Of a stretch of 64,000 nt of DNA, positions 26,363 to 34,330 are shown one piece after another; positions within the stretch are counted from its first letter, which is position 1; every line of letters begins with the position of its first letter. This DNA is from an uncultured Candidatus Saccharibacteria bacterium (GTDB taxonomy: Bacteria; Patescibacteriota; Minisyncoccia; Phycocordibacterales; DAORIS01). The notes beneath the pieces are model-generated. The model searched no databases, had not been told where the DNA came from, and saw only the letters and a list, made by a program, of their open reading frames with translations. Location: NCBI GenBank assembly GCA_964644035.1, contig CAZXUH010000001.1:323712-387711 (forward strand). Direction: 5' to 3'. Both the position numbers and the translations under genes were made by a program.

Positions 26363-27007
26363 CTAAGACGCTAAAGCCTTTGGTTTCTTTATCACATCAA
26401 TTACTTTGCCATTTACTCTAAAATCATCATCTTCATGGATGAATATCGGGTCAAAGTGCTGGGAAGATTCAGAGAGTAAAACAATTTGTGAATTTTCTTT
26501 ATCAAAAACGTATTTTTTTATATTTGCCAATCCACCAATTATCGAAACCACATAATCATTATTTTTTGGAGATGTGCTTTCACTATCTACAATTACATAA
26601 TCACCATCTTCAATGGTCTTACCCTTGATGTCTGCCTTGTTAAGAGAGTTTCCTTCAGCTCGCAGCACAAAAACATTACTAGCTTTAGGAACTATCTTTT
26701 TAGATACTTTTAAGTAACCTTCAATATTTTGTTCAGCATAAATAGTTTGAGGACCACAGTTAGCAGATCCAACTATAGGTAATGACACAAACATCTCGCT
26801 TGGAGTTGCTTTTGCCCCAATTACTCTAGAAATAGACTTGTTTTTCTTATCAATGATGATAAACCCCTTCCTTTCAAGCTGAAGTAGGTGGTGTTTAACC
26901 TTCTGGGGCAACCTTTCTGCAATTAGATCTCCGATATCACGCAAAGTTAGGTCCCCAATATTCTTTTCACTAATAATTTTGAGTAACTTTTCTTGTATTG
27001 GATGCAT
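26363..27007 (-). CDS. LexA/phage CI-like repressor with S24 self-cleaving peptidase domain
   Basis: N-terminal wHTH (IQEKLLKIISEKNIGDLTLRDIGDLIAERLPQKVKHHLLQLERKGFI). Ala-Gly cleavage-like site (VGSANCGP). Catalytic Ser in AEGNSLN and Lys in ANIKKY. Start moved to ATG MHPIQ; the track start is TTG at 27031. Confidence 0.8.
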   Translation of the reverse strand: MHPIQEKLLKIISEKNIGDLTLRDIGDLIAERLPQKVKHHLLQLERKGFIIIDKKNKSISRVIGAKATPSEMFVSLPIVGSANCGPQTIYAEQNIEGYLKVSKKIVPKASNVFVLRAEGNSLNKADIKGKTIEDGDYVIVDSESTSPKNNDYVVSIIGGLANIKKYVFDKENSQIVLLSESSQHFDPIFIHEDDDFRVNGKVIDVIKKPKALAS

Positions 27008-27013
27008 GTAAGC

Positions 27014-27041
27014 ATTATACCAGCCTGTCAATTTTTATCAA
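27014..27041 (-). promoter_or_regulatory. Consensus sigma70 promoter (TTGATA-16-TATAAT) placing the TSS at or near the repressor ATG, giving a leaderless transcript
   Basis: Minus-strand reading: TTGATAaaaattgacaggctggTATAATgcttacATG. Confidence 0.5.
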
Positions 27042-27156
27042 CCACTTTTCCACAGACTTGACGGGGTTGACAAGAAACTACTATCCCTTAAAATATAAAT
27101 GAAAAGCCACCTCATGAGGCAGCTTTTCCAGAAAAATTTTGGTATTGAGTTCGATA

Positions 27157-27173
27157 CTGATACGCCAGATCAG
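27157..27173. promoter_or_regulatory. Palindrome CTGAT-N7-ATCAG in the divergent repressor/DUF3892 intergenic region: candidate operator
   Basis: ctgatacgccagatcag, followed by a second imperfect palindrome GGTCGACTGTCGGACC at 27174-27189. Confidence 0.3.
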
Positions 27174-27260
27174 GGTCGACTGTCGGACCGCTGAAAGCCT
27201 TGAACACTTAAAGCATATCAAACCTATTCTGCATTATCAAAGGATAACTGTGGAAATCAA

Positions 27261-27554
27261 ATGTCAGTACGCATAACCTGCATCAAGAAAGACTCCGGTA
27301 ATCACGAGAATCCTCATACCGCCATTAGCACACTAGGGTGGCAAGAGGATGGAACGGGTAAAACAGGCCGATCTACACGCTTGGAAATGTACAAGTTCGT
27401 GGTAGAAGACAAGGGATACGCTTATGTCCAAGACGCTTACGGCAATAAAGCCAAGCTTATTGGAGGTATAACCCCTCGCGGCACAAAATACGTTAAGACC
27501 GTTGCAGACGAAACAAAGACAGACAACCTATTGAAACTCCCTGAGTGTCAATAA
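27261..27554 (+). CDS. DUF3892-family protein
   Basis: MSVRITCIKKDSGNHENPHTAISTLGW...YVKTVADETKTDNLLKLPEC matches the remembered DUF3892 consensus (ITCV.KD....I..lG...; ...NLLSLPEC). Confidence 0.6.
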   Translation: MSVRITCIKKDSGNHENPHTAISTLGWQEDGTGKTGRSTRLEMYKFVVEDKGYAYVQDAYGNKAKLIGGITPRGTKYVKTVADETKTDNLLKLPECQ

Positions 27555-27625
27555 GCAAGTAAATTTATTAGCACACAGCCAATACCGCTTCTGGCGAGAT
27601 GGTATTGGTATAACCACCCATTCCA

Positions 27626-27838
27626 ATGAGCCATCATAACGATGCCCCTGGAATGCGCGGATATCGTTCCCGAAACAAGGACGGACAACTTCGAGATAAG
27701 CGTGACGATACACTTATCGGCACAATCGAGAAGAAGTACGATCTTGATCTTGGGGTTCGCAGTGACATGAAGCTCGGTAACTACTTAAAAGAAACCGGCT
27801 ACAAATCACTAAACGATCTCGTGCACGACCAGAAATAA
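27626..27838 (+). CDS. Hypothetical small basic protein
   Basis: 70 aa, Arg/Lys/Asp-rich, no SD. Followed by an imperfect terminator (CCCGCTCttttctagGGGCGGG TTTTGATTT) at 27843-27875. Confidence 0.35.
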   Translation: MSHHNDAPGMRGYRSRNKDGQLRDKRDDTLIGTIEKKYDLDLGVRSDMKLGNYLKETGYKSLNDLVHDQK

Positions 27839-27988
27839 CTCATTTACCCGCTCTTTTCTAGGGGCGGGTTTTGATTTGTAGTAAAAATGAGAACTTGAAA
27901 GAGAGACCCATTCACTATTTTTTATGGCAGGTTATATAATTGCAACAATATGAGAAGACGACGTTTTTATAGACATCGGGATAAAAAG

Positions 27989-28189
27989 ATGACGGAACAG
28001 GAAAAGTTTCAGTGGGTTCTAACTGCCATTGTTTTTGTTGTTGTTTTTATCTTTGTCTTTGTATCCAGATTCTTTTCACACTGTATCTTTGAGTGGCCTA
28101 TCCGTTGGGATATAGGTGCATGCTGGCATGAACAGATTCAACCAGCAAAGGACGCTGCAACTGAGAAAGCGGCTAACTTTGTCCCCTAG
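27989..28189 (+). CDS. Hypothetical small membrane protein
   Basis: MTEQEKFQWVLTAIVFVVVFIFVFVSRFF... has a single TM. Start chosen at the internal ATG of track ORF 27950-28189. Confidence 0.35.
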   Translation: MTEQEKFQWVLTAIVFVVVFIFVFVSRFFSHCIFEWPIRWDIGACWHEQIQPAKDAATEKAANFVP

Positions 28190-28439
28190 ATCTTCCCCAG
28201 CCTTATTTTTTAGTGAATGGACCCCTGTTTTCAGTCCCTATTCACTAAACTTTTATCAGTTCACTTGCGTTCGGCCGGACCAAAGGATAGATCCCATCTT
28301 TCAAATTTGGGATATAATGGTAATTACTTGTGGTCCGGAAATAGGTAGTTATTTCGTCCACGACCCTGAGCCAATTTGACAAGTACATATAAATATATTA
28401 CTCTGTGTTTCAGAGGCTAACTCTTAACTTGGAGATTTT

Positions 28440-28754
28440 ATGGAAAAATTGCTGATGGACTTACGTGTTGTAGGTCTTAGTAGCTGCTACCCTATGCAGT
28501 TGAATGTTCCAATCCCCTTCCTACCTTTTCCCGGTCTCATCATGGAATTTGAGACTGCCGAAGCGCTGAAGACAGGCAATGCTGTTTACCTTCGAGTAGA
28601 GACGGTAAAATGGTCCGGCGCGAACAATATTTATGTTGATTGCACAAGAGTCAATGCACACAACTACACCATGGACGAAGTAGCTTACGAAAGCGACGAT
28701 CAATTTGTAGAGCGACTTAGGAGAAGTCACAAGCATGGATGGCAGTTACTGTAA
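28440..28754 (+). CDS. Hypothetical protein
   Basis: 104 aa. GGAG SD 7 nt upstream and its own terminator at 28771-28812. Confidence 0.5.
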   Translation: MEKLLMDLRVVGLSSCYPMQLNVPIPFLPFPGLIMEFETAEALKTGNAVYLRVETVKWSGANNIYVDCTRVNAHNYTMDEVAYESDDQFVERLRRSHKHGWQLL

Positions 28755-28770
28755 TAATTCATGACCATTT

Positions 28771-28812
28771 AACCGCCTAACAACGAAAACCGTTGCGGGG
28801 CGGTTTTTTTAT
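28771..28812 (+). terminator. Intrinsic terminator
   Basis: AACCGCC...GGCGGTT hairpin followed by TTTTTTTATT. Confidence 0.6.
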
Positions 28813-28889
28813 TGCAAAATATTCTTCTTGAGCACTTTAAGCATTACTCCGATCAATAATTCGAAATCGTCCTGTAGAGCGAGCATAAG

Positions 28890-28917
28890 TTGACTTTTAC
28901 TTTATATATGATATAAT
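28890..28917 (+). promoter_or_regulatory. Near-consensus sigma70 promoter TTGACT-16-TATAAT
   Basis: ttgacttttactttatatatgatataat, followed by AAAGGAG SD and ATG at 28943. Confidence 0.55.
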
Positions 28918-28942
28918 ATTTACAGTTCTAACAAAGGAGTAC

Positions 28943-29296
28943 ATGTTTCGTTTTGCAAAGCAGAACGGCAAGAGCTTCAAGCTCGGCTACACGGGTTTGA
29001 TCTGCGCATTCGATTCAGGCAATGACCTCGTGGCTGTTTGTGTCGGTGTCTCGAACATCTTGGAAGACTTCATGTCCAAGGTCGCCGATCGCCAGAACCT
29101 CAAAGCCTCGGATCTGCTGGATCTTCAGATCAACGATTCTGATTCCGATCCTGAGTCCCAAGGCTACGGGAATCCGTCCCAGTGGGACGACTGGAAGATC
29201 GTCATGGATATGAAGGAGAGCAAGTCGCACCTCCTTCAGATGGCTCTGGCCAGCGCCTGGTCTGCAGCCTCGCTCTGCGAACGCTTCGTTGTGTGA
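28943..29296 (+). CDS. Hypothetical protein
   Basis: 117 aa with an acidic central region. Own promoter, AAAGGAG SD and a downstream T-rich hairpin (29305-29350). Confidence 0.5.
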   Translation: MFRFAKQNGKSFKLGYTGLICAFDSGNDLVAVCVGVSNILEDFMSKVADRQNLKASDLLDLQINDSDSDPESQGYGNPSQWDDWKIVMDMKESKSHLLQMALASAWSAASLCERFVV

Positions 29297-29428
29297 TAGC
29301 CATTCAAACCTGTCTTTACAGAAAACCTGTAGAGGCAGGTTTTTCTTTTACTCTTTATCAAACTGTTTTGATTTGATACCGTTAGAGTGTAACAACAAAA
29401 TAATTATCAAAATTTTAAAATAAATAAC

Positions 29429-29929
29429 ATGAGTAAACTAATTACATGCATCTGGCTTGCGAACAATGATGGAGAAGAAGCAGTGAAATACTACATAAAC
29501 ACTTTCAAGTCAGCCCCTGGCAATCATGAGGCGAAACTTGGAGATATTACAAAATCACCTAAGGCATCTGAAGAAATTTCTGGTAGACCAGCAGGATCTG
29601 TGCTGACAGTTGAATGCGACCTCGACGGAATTAGCTTTATGTTTCTCAATGGTGGTCCTGTCGAACAATTCAAACTTAATGGATCTACCTCTTTTATCAT
29701 CGAGTGCGAAACACAAGAAGAAATCGATTTCTTCTGGGAAAAACTTTCTGCAGTTCCTGCAGCTGAACAGTGTGGATGGTGCACGGACAAATTTGGCGTC
29801 ACATGGCAAGTAACTCCAAGAATTTTGGATGAAATGATGAGAGATCCTAATAAAGCTGAGGCCGTAACTGCTGCCTTCATGCCGATGAAAAAAATTGACC
29901 TTGAAACAATCAGAAAGGCTGGCGAGTAA
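29429..29929 (+). CDS. PhnB-like VOC (glyoxalase/bleomycin-resistance fold) family protein
   Basis: CIWLANNDGEEAVKYY...FMFLNGGPVEQFKLNGSTSFIIECETQEEIDFFWEKLSAVPAAEQCGWCTDKFGVTWQVTPRIL matches the PF06983 ('3-demethylubiquinone-9 3-methyltransferase'/PhnB) pattern. Confidence 0.8.
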   Translation: MSKLITCIWLANNDGEEAVKYYINTFKSAPGNHEAKLGDITKSPKASEEISGRPAGSVLTVECDLDGISFMFLNGGPVEQFKLNGSTSFIIECETQEEIDFFWEKLSAVPAAEQCGWCTDKFGVTWQVTPRILDEMMRDPNKAEAVTAAFMPMKKIDLETIRKAGE

Positions 29930-29949
29930 AGTTGGAAAGACGCCAAGAA

Positions 29950-29982
29950 CTAAAAACACCAGCAATGCTGGTGTTTTTATTA
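29950..29982. terminator. Bidirectional intrinsic terminator between convergent genes
   Basis: AAAAACACCAGCAatgCTGGTGTTTTTATT. Confidence 0.65.
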
Positions 29983-29991
29983 AATAATCCC

Positions 29992-30468
29992 CTACACGGT
30001 CAAATCATTCTCTGACTTTGTATCTATAACCTTTTGGAGAGATTTTCCAAAAACTGTCGATACTGTGGCAACGGTGAGAGAAATAAGAATAGCAATGGTA
30101 GCCATCATTGGAATTGGGGGACGATCATCACTTTCAGTAAGCAAAATCCACGTTGCTCCACCGATAATAAAAGGAATGCTAGCTAGAGCGCAGTATTTTA
30201 TAGTACGCAATGCCTTAACTGAAAACTCTGAAAACACTTCATTCTTTCCTATATATCCGAGAAGTTTGAATGCCTGATACAGCGCAATGAAAAAAGCAAT
30301 AGATGCAATATAGGCATATACCAAGAACGGATCATCAAAATAAACTTGAGAAAACGTAGCATTTGCATTTACCCCTTCAAACCAAGGCTCGACAAGCAAA
30401 AACGCAAGAGCGCCCAAAGCAACGAACACAAGCACTATCTGAAGAAATATTGTTGAACTTCTTTTCAT
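29992..30468 (-). CDS. DUF2975-like four-TM membrane protein
   Basis: 158 aa. Four predicted TM helices and an overall pattern reminiscent of DUF2975. Confidence 0.45.
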   Translation of the reverse strand: MKRSSTIFLQIVLVFVALGALAFLLVEPWFEGVNANATFSQVYFDDPFLVYAYIASIAFFIALYQAFKLLGYIGKNEVFSEFSVKALRTIKYCALASIPFIIGGATWILLTESDDRPPIPMMATIAILISLTVATVSTVFGKSLQKVIDTKSENDLTV

Positions 30469-30566
30469 ATTGTTTCTTTATATTTGTATATCTCTATCCT
30501 AATCTATCACTTATCGTTTGTCAATATATATTTATTGTTATTTTTTATGAATCCTTTGCCTATTAT

Positions 30567-30594
30567 TTGACAAAATACATTTTGATGTTACAAT
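30567..30594 (+). promoter_or_regulatory. Consensus sigma70 promoter TTGACA-16-TACAAT
   Basis: ttgacaaaatacattttgatgttacaat, followed by SD AAAGGAG and ATG 30639. Confidence 0.55.
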
Positions 30595-30638
30595 AGAAAT
30601 TAATACTGTTCATTTACTCAAACTGAAAGGAGTATTGC

Positions 30639-31118
30639 ATGCACCGCAGAAAGATCACGTTTGAAGGAATCGGACCCGATGGACTGCTTGATAATATTGT
30701 GGGACGTAATCGTCATATGTCGAATACCGCCCACACGATGATCTGCAGCGACACGTTTCGCACCTCACCCAAAGGCTACTCGGGCGACACCTACATCGTT
30801 CGTGTATCTGAGTTGGGTCTTGTTGGCGAGCAGTGGCCTCTGGAAGAGATTTTGAAGAAGTTCGAGACCGATGGACACACTTTGTGTCCTCACGATCTCG
30901 CACCGCTCATTTTTCCCCGGATGTGCGAGCGCGAGCTCGGTAATGGATCGGTGGTCGTGGCCATGAAGCCAATCGAGAGCAAGCACCTGGCCCCTCATAT
31001 TTTCTCACTCGAGCGACGATTGGATTGTCCCATCAAGCTCTGGTTGGGAGGTATAAGCCCGTCAGATGATCTGTATCCCGACCAGCGACTCTTGGCCTTT
31101 AAGCCATTCAACCAATAA
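30639..31118 (+). CDS. Hypothetical protein
   Basis: 159 aa with no recognisable motif. Own promoter and SD. Terminator at 31142-31178 (AAACCCCGAActttagTTTCGGGGTTT + T-run). Confidence 0.5.
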   Translation: MHRRKITFEGIGPDGLLDNIVGRNRHMSNTAHTMICSDTFRTSPKGYSGDTYIVRVSELGLVGEQWPLEEILKKFETDGHTLCPHDLAPLIFPRMCERELGNGSVVVAMKPIESKHLAPHIFSLERRLDCPIKLWLGGISPSDDLYPDQRLLAFKPFNQ

Positions 31119-31141
31119 AAGTTCTAGAGCTTATCTCTAGA

Positions 31142-31178
31142 AAACCCCGAACTTTAGTTTCGGGGTTTATTTTTATTT
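31142..31178. terminator. Bidirectional intrinsic terminator
   Basis: AAACCCCGAA-CTTTAG-TTTCGGGGTTT flanked by A/T runs on both sides. The YdeI-like gene stop lies inside it. Confidence 0.6.
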
Positions 31179-31495
31179 ATGGTTTTTAACTTTTTAGAAC
31201 TTTTATTCATTACCCACTTTTGGGTAGCACTCATTGATTTGTCAGTTCTATGTACACATCCTACCCAGCAACACGGACGTCGCTTCCCTTCTATGAGTTC
31301 TGTAGCAACCCTTTTTATATGATCCTTTCTTGTTTCTTCGTTTTTGACCGAAATCGTCCAACATATCCATTCGTTGCGGGCGAGCGGAGTAATATCTTCC
31401 CATGCAGCTACAGCTTTCTGAGAAGAAGTAATTGCTTTGCGCAAATCATCAGGCAGTTTATGCACCGTACCATTAGAAATCCCTTTTGTAGGCAT
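31154..31495 (-). CDS. YdeI/OmpD-associated (OmdA) family protein
   Basis: AAWEDITPLARNEWICWTISVKNEETRKDHIKRVATELIEGKRRP matches the PF13376 pattern. Confidence 0.65.
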   Translation of the reverse strand: MPTKGISNGTVHKLPDDLRKAITSSQKAVAAWEDITPLARNEWICWTISVKNEETRKDHIKRVATELIEGKRRPCCWVGCVHRTDKSMSATQKWVMNKSSKKLKTINKNKPRN

Positions 31496-31535
31496 ATGAC
31501 TATATTAACAAATAAATAAAGAGTATACTTTTTAT

Positions 31536-31958
31536 ATGGCAGAACTAAAAACCAAAGCGACAAAGGAGAGTCCAATAAAATTCTTAAAAACTATAGAGCC
31601 AGAGCAAAAACAGACTGATGCTTTTACGCTTCTCAAGATATTCGAAAAAGCTACTAGTCAGAAACCTGTTATGTGGGGTACGAGTATTGTTGGTTTTGGA
31701 ATGTATCACTACAAGTCCGAACGAAGTACTCAAGAGGGCGATTGGCCACTTGTAGCATTTTCTCCGCGCAAGCAAAACCTCACACTCTATATAATGCATG
31801 GAAATTCAGACAAAAAAGACCTTCTCAAGAAACTTGGGAAACACAAAGCTGGCGGTGGATGCCTATACATCAATAAACTTTCAGATGTAGACCAAAAAGT
31901 CATTCCTATTCTCATCAAAAACACCTACAAATACATGAAGAAGATGTACGACAAGTAA
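31536..31958 (+). CDS. DUF1801 domain protein
   Basis: 140 aa (...KPVMWGTSIVGFGMYHYK...LVAFSPRKQNLTLYI...INKLSDVDQKVIPILIKN). TATACT -10 lies 7 nt upstream of the ATG, so the transcript is possibly leaderless. Confidence 0.6.
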   Translation: MAELKTKATKESPIKFLKTIEPEQKQTDAFTLLKIFEKATSQKPVMWGTSIVGFGMYHYKSERSTQEGDWPLVAFSPRKQNLTLYIMHGNSDKKDLLKKLGKHKAGGGCLYINKLSDVDQKVIPILIKNTYKYMKKMYDK

Positions 31959-31970
31959 GATATAAAATAT

Positions 31971-31999
31971 TTGACTTTATATTTAATAAATGTTATAAT
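31971..31999 (+). promoter_or_regulatory. Consensus sigma70 promoter TTGACT-17-TATAAT
   Basis: ttgactttatatttaataaatgttataat, followed by AAAGGAG SD and ATG 32045. Confidence 0.55.
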
Positions 32000-32044
32000 A
32001 TATAAAGATAGTACACACAACAACTTTACTTAAAGGAGTATTTC

Positions 32045-32344
32045 ATGGCAGCGACACTCAGCAAGGCAAGCCAAAAACGTTTTTGGAAAAAGTGGATTGC
32101 TTCGGGGGCTGTGAAAATCGACCAACAGAACCATCCGGAAATTCTCCCAGGAGAAGTCTGGATCACCAACGCAGACATTTATTCCCTCCCCAAAATCGGG
32201 TGGACCAGCAAACGTTGTGGCAAGATTGCCTACGATTGCTACGGGAAAGAAACGAACTCGAAACGCTGGCCAGGCGCATTCCCTGTATTTGCCCGAGCAA
32301 GCGAGCTCGCAGCAGCCGGCGTAGTGATCAAGCTCCGGCTGTAA
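32045..32344 (+). CDS. Hypothetical protein
   Basis: 99 aa with strong SD (AAAGGAGT) and its own promoter. The antisense 148-aa track ORF is rejected. Terminator at 32348-32400 (ACCACCGA...TCGGTGGT + TTTCTTTT). Confidence 0.5.
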   Translation: MAATLSKASQKRFWKKWIASGAVKIDQQNHPEILPGEVWITNADIYSLPKIGWTSKRCGKIAYDCYGKETNSKRWPGAFPVFARASELAAAGVVIKLRL

Positions 32345-32427
32345 GTCATTCAACCACCGAGAACCGTCGACAATTCGACAGGTTGTCGGTGGTTTTCTTT
32401 TACAAAAAAATTCCTCGCTTTTAATAT

Positions 32428-32455
32428 TTGACAGATTTTGTCTTTGTACTAAACT
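32428..32455 (+). promoter_or_regulatory. Sigma70-like promoter TTGACA-16-TAAACT driving an ORF-less transcript
   Basis: ttgacagattttgtctttgtactaaact. No ORF of 60 aa or more, and no SD-ATG, lies downstream before the terminator. Confidence 0.45.
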
Positions 32456-32461
32456 GCAAAA

Positions 32462-32718
32462 AGGGTTAGTGGACACATCCTTTCATCGCTTTACACATGG
32501 AGGTTCCATGGGAAGAATGAAGGTCGCTACGTAGCCGCCACCGCATCGATTTATAAGCGGGAGAGCGGCGAAAAACAGCCTTAATCGGCGATCAACGCAG
32601 AACAACCCTTCAATGGGTCTATCGTTCCTTTCTGGTGAGTTGCAGTCAAGTTTCGGAGAAACAGACTTGCAAGGTACCAAAGCATGGAACAAGGACGAAC
32701 TTCGGTTCGTCCTTTTTT
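32462..32718 (+). ncRNA. Candidate structured noncoding RNA (~257 nt) or long cis-regulatory leader; identity unknown
   Basis: Bounded by a near-consensus promoter and a strong intrinsic terminator (GGACGAACttcgGTTCGTCC + TTTTTT at 32693-32718). Contains perfect palindromes GCTACGTAGC, CCATGG and ATCGAT, and a GGGAGAGCGGCGAAAAACAG stretch. The only ORFs are a 69-aa antisense Cys/Arg/Pro-rich one and a 45-aa one with no SD running through the terminator. Confidence 0.3.
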
Positions 32719-32816
32719 ATTGCCACATTTTAAATAGATTTGTTAAATGAATTTGCTTTAAATCCCCTTTTGGCTAACATTAACGAAAACTGATCTTTTA
32801 CACGAAAGGAGTCCTG

Positions 32817-33299
32817 TTGAAATCATCGACAAATGATGACCTGGATCAACAAATCATCTCGATTACTCAATCTTCTCAATCCAGAAAGGAGGCTCTCGAT
32901 AAAATGCGTGAAAAAAATATCGAGCTTGGATTCATTGAGCCATCTGCTCTTTATGACGCATCGCTCGAAGAAATTACAAGCGACCAGAAGAAAGGATTGG
33001 TCAGGATTGCAGGTGTAAGTGTTCTGATCATATTTTTCTTGTGGGTACTCAAATGGCTTTCTAGACCAGTCAATCCACACCTGTGCACTGTATGCGATTT
33101 CATTTCTCTTATCTTTTACGCTGTGATCGCGGTTTCTACGTTTTTTTATTTATTCTTAAGTCATCCTTTAATGTCGAGGGATATTAAGTTTGACCGTACA
33201 CTCAGCGGACACTGTCGTGAATGCGGATATGATTTGAGAGAAACACCTGATCGATGTCCTGAATGTGGAACTGTGCCACCCAACCACCCTCCAAGTTGA
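32817..33299 (+). CDS. Membrane protein with C-terminal zinc-ribbon
   Basis: TTG start with GAAAGGAG SD. Two TM. C-terminus [19 protein letters not shown]. Terminator CCACCCTCcaagttGAGGGTGG + TTTTTATTT at 33277-33315. Confidence 0.5.
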   Translation: MKSSTNDDLDQQIISITQSSQSRKEALDKMREKNIELGFIEPSALYDASLEEITSDQKKGLVRIAGVSVLIIFFLWVLKWLSRPVNPHLCTVCDFISLIFYAVIAVSTFFYLFLSHPLMSRDIKFDRTLSGHCRECGYDLRETPDRCPECGTVPPNHPPS

Positions 33300-33378
33300 G
33301 GGTGGTTTTTATTTCCTTGTCATTCTGCTTTATTTGAGTAGGATAAGAATCAGAAAGAACTTTTACCAAGGAGTTTCA

Positions 33379-33603
33379 ATGCCTCGATCAAGAGTATCGG
33401 ACAAGTTCAGCGTCTGTGTTCCGACCAAAGATGGCGCCCTCAAAGGCAAATACCATATCGGAATTAATCGCAATTACAGGAGAGGAAAAGGTGTCGTGAC
33501 ATTGTCGAATCTCATCTCCTTCGTGAGGAGAAAACGTCTCAATCCTTCGAAGGTCCAGATCGACAAAGGTTTTGGTTGCCTTGCCACTGTATTGGGAACA
33601 TAA
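33379..33603 (+). CDS. Hypothetical small basic protein
   Basis: MPRSRVSDKFSVCVPTK... is 75 aa with SD CCAAGGAG. Terminator ACCGCACATatgATGTGCGGT + TTTTTTA at 33614-33641. Confidence 0.4.
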   Translation: MPRSRVSDKFSVCVPTKDGALKGKYHIGINRNYRRGKGVVTLSNLISFVRRKRLNPSKVQIDKGFGCLATVLGT

Positions 33604-33646
33604 AACCTTAATTACCGCACATATGATGTGCGGTTTTTTAATTTGT

Positions 33647-33675
33647 TTGACTTTTGTGATTTAATATGTTATTAT
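33647..33675 (+). promoter_or_regulatory. Sigma70 promoter TTGACT-17-TATTAT
   Basis: ttgacttttgtgatttaatatgttattat, upstream of ATG 33716 (SD GAAAGGGA). Confidence 0.5.
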
Positions 33676-33715
33676 ACATATTAGTTCATTCAAACACACA
33701 ACGAAAGGGACACTC

Positions 33716-34219
33716 ATGACGGAACGACGCTCTGAACTGCCAGACAGACCCGATCGTCGGGGAAGTCTTGGAAAAATCATGGACTTCGGAGTAAACAAGT
33801 CCACCTACCTCTACAATCTCTTGGAAATACAAATGAGTATTGTGGACGCCACTGAAGCAGCGACCTTTCTTCTCATCGGAGAAGACGAAGCAAACCGTGT
33901 TTTGGAAAAGGTCGTGCACATACGCGACGATGATCCTACAGCCGAGCAGTTGGAAAATTCTGCAAAAGAATTTCAACGCGTCGCTCAACAGGGTATCGAC
34001 CACATGAAACATTGTGCGCTTCCCCTCGAAGAGATTCATCACAACGAACTGGGTGACTTCGTCATTGCGCTGTTGTTTTACAACGAAGCAAAAATGGCTG
34101 GAGTTTCTTGTTTCGTCGTCCTCGACATCAACGAGGACATAGCAAGAGTTTTACTGGAAAGAGCAAGGGCGATGAGTGGCTATTTTGAATTTTACATGGC
34201 CGCGCAAAAGCTGTTGTGA
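33716..34219 (+). CDS. Hypothetical protein
   Basis: 167 aa with no known motif. Followed by terminator CCGCACCcttacagGGTGCGG + TTTTTT (34250-34275). Confidence 0.5.
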   Translation: MTERRSELPDRPDRRGSLGKIMDFGVNKSTYLYNLLEIQMSIVDATEAATFLLIGEDEANRVLEKVVHIRDDDPTAEQLENSAKEFQRVAQQGIDHMKHCALPLEEIHHNELGDFVIALLFYNEAKMAGVSCFVVLDINEDIARVLLERARAMSGYFEFYMAAQKLL

Positions 34220-34249
34220 CTGAATGCTCCATAATGACTCCGTTGCGAT

Positions 34250-34308
34250 CCGCACCCTTACAGGTGCGGTTTTTTATATAAAAAAACCACGTACGAAAGT
34301 ACGTGGTT
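34250..34308. terminator. Back-to-back terminators for convergent genes
   Basis: Plus-strand hairpin at 34250-34269 with a T-run. Minus-strand hairpin AACCACGTACgaaaGTACGTGGTT at 34285-34308, preceded on the minus strand by a U-run. Confidence 0.6.
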
Positions 34309-34330
34309 AAAGTGATAGCTTGACCTGAAT

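Larger units (their letters stand above)
21085..27838. mobile_element. Minimum extent of a putative tRNA-Asn-associated integrative element: serine recombinase, wH Rep-like gene, iteron-like repeats, R-M system and an S24 repressor. The right boundary is undetermined and may extend to about 50 kb.
   Basis: The recombinase gene overlaps the tRNA 3' end. Downstream content is accessory (R-M, repressor, small-gene island) with no housekeeping genes until 50 kb. No direct-repeat att site could be located by eye. Confidence 0.4.

Noticed and set aside
28116-28379. 87-aa plus ORF overlapping the end of 27989-28189 and running through inverted repeats TAGTGAAT-N21-ATTCACTA and CCGGACC...GGTCCGG
   Set aside because: No SD and low-complexity translation. 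The region looks like intergenic DNA with inverted repeats (possible operator for the 28440 gene). The repeats are too short to call a feature with confidence.
32030-32476. 148-aa minus-strand ORF antisense to the 32045-32344 gene
   Set aside because: The plus-strand gene has a consensus promoter, an AAAGGAG SD and its own terminator. The antisense ORF has none and an odd composition.
32483-32692. 69-aa minus-strand ORF (MFHALVPCKSVSPKLDCNSPERNDRPIEGLFCVDRRLRLFFAALPLINRCGGGYVATFILPMEPPCVKR) inside the ORF-less promoter-terminator unit
   Set aside because: Cys/Arg/Pro-rich junk-like composition and no SD. It lies antisense to a unit with a plus-strand promoter and terminator. I treat the region as RNA.
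32462-32718. Assignment of the ORF-less RNA to T-box, glycine or SRP families
   Set aside because: GGAGAG...CGGCGAAAAACAG loosely recalls a glycine aptamer, and GGUACCAAAGC loosely recalls a T-box. The spacing is wrong, and the other conserved elements (specifier loop/T-box AGGGUGGNACCGCG, SRP GGAA tetraloop with AGCAG) are absent. Left unclassified.
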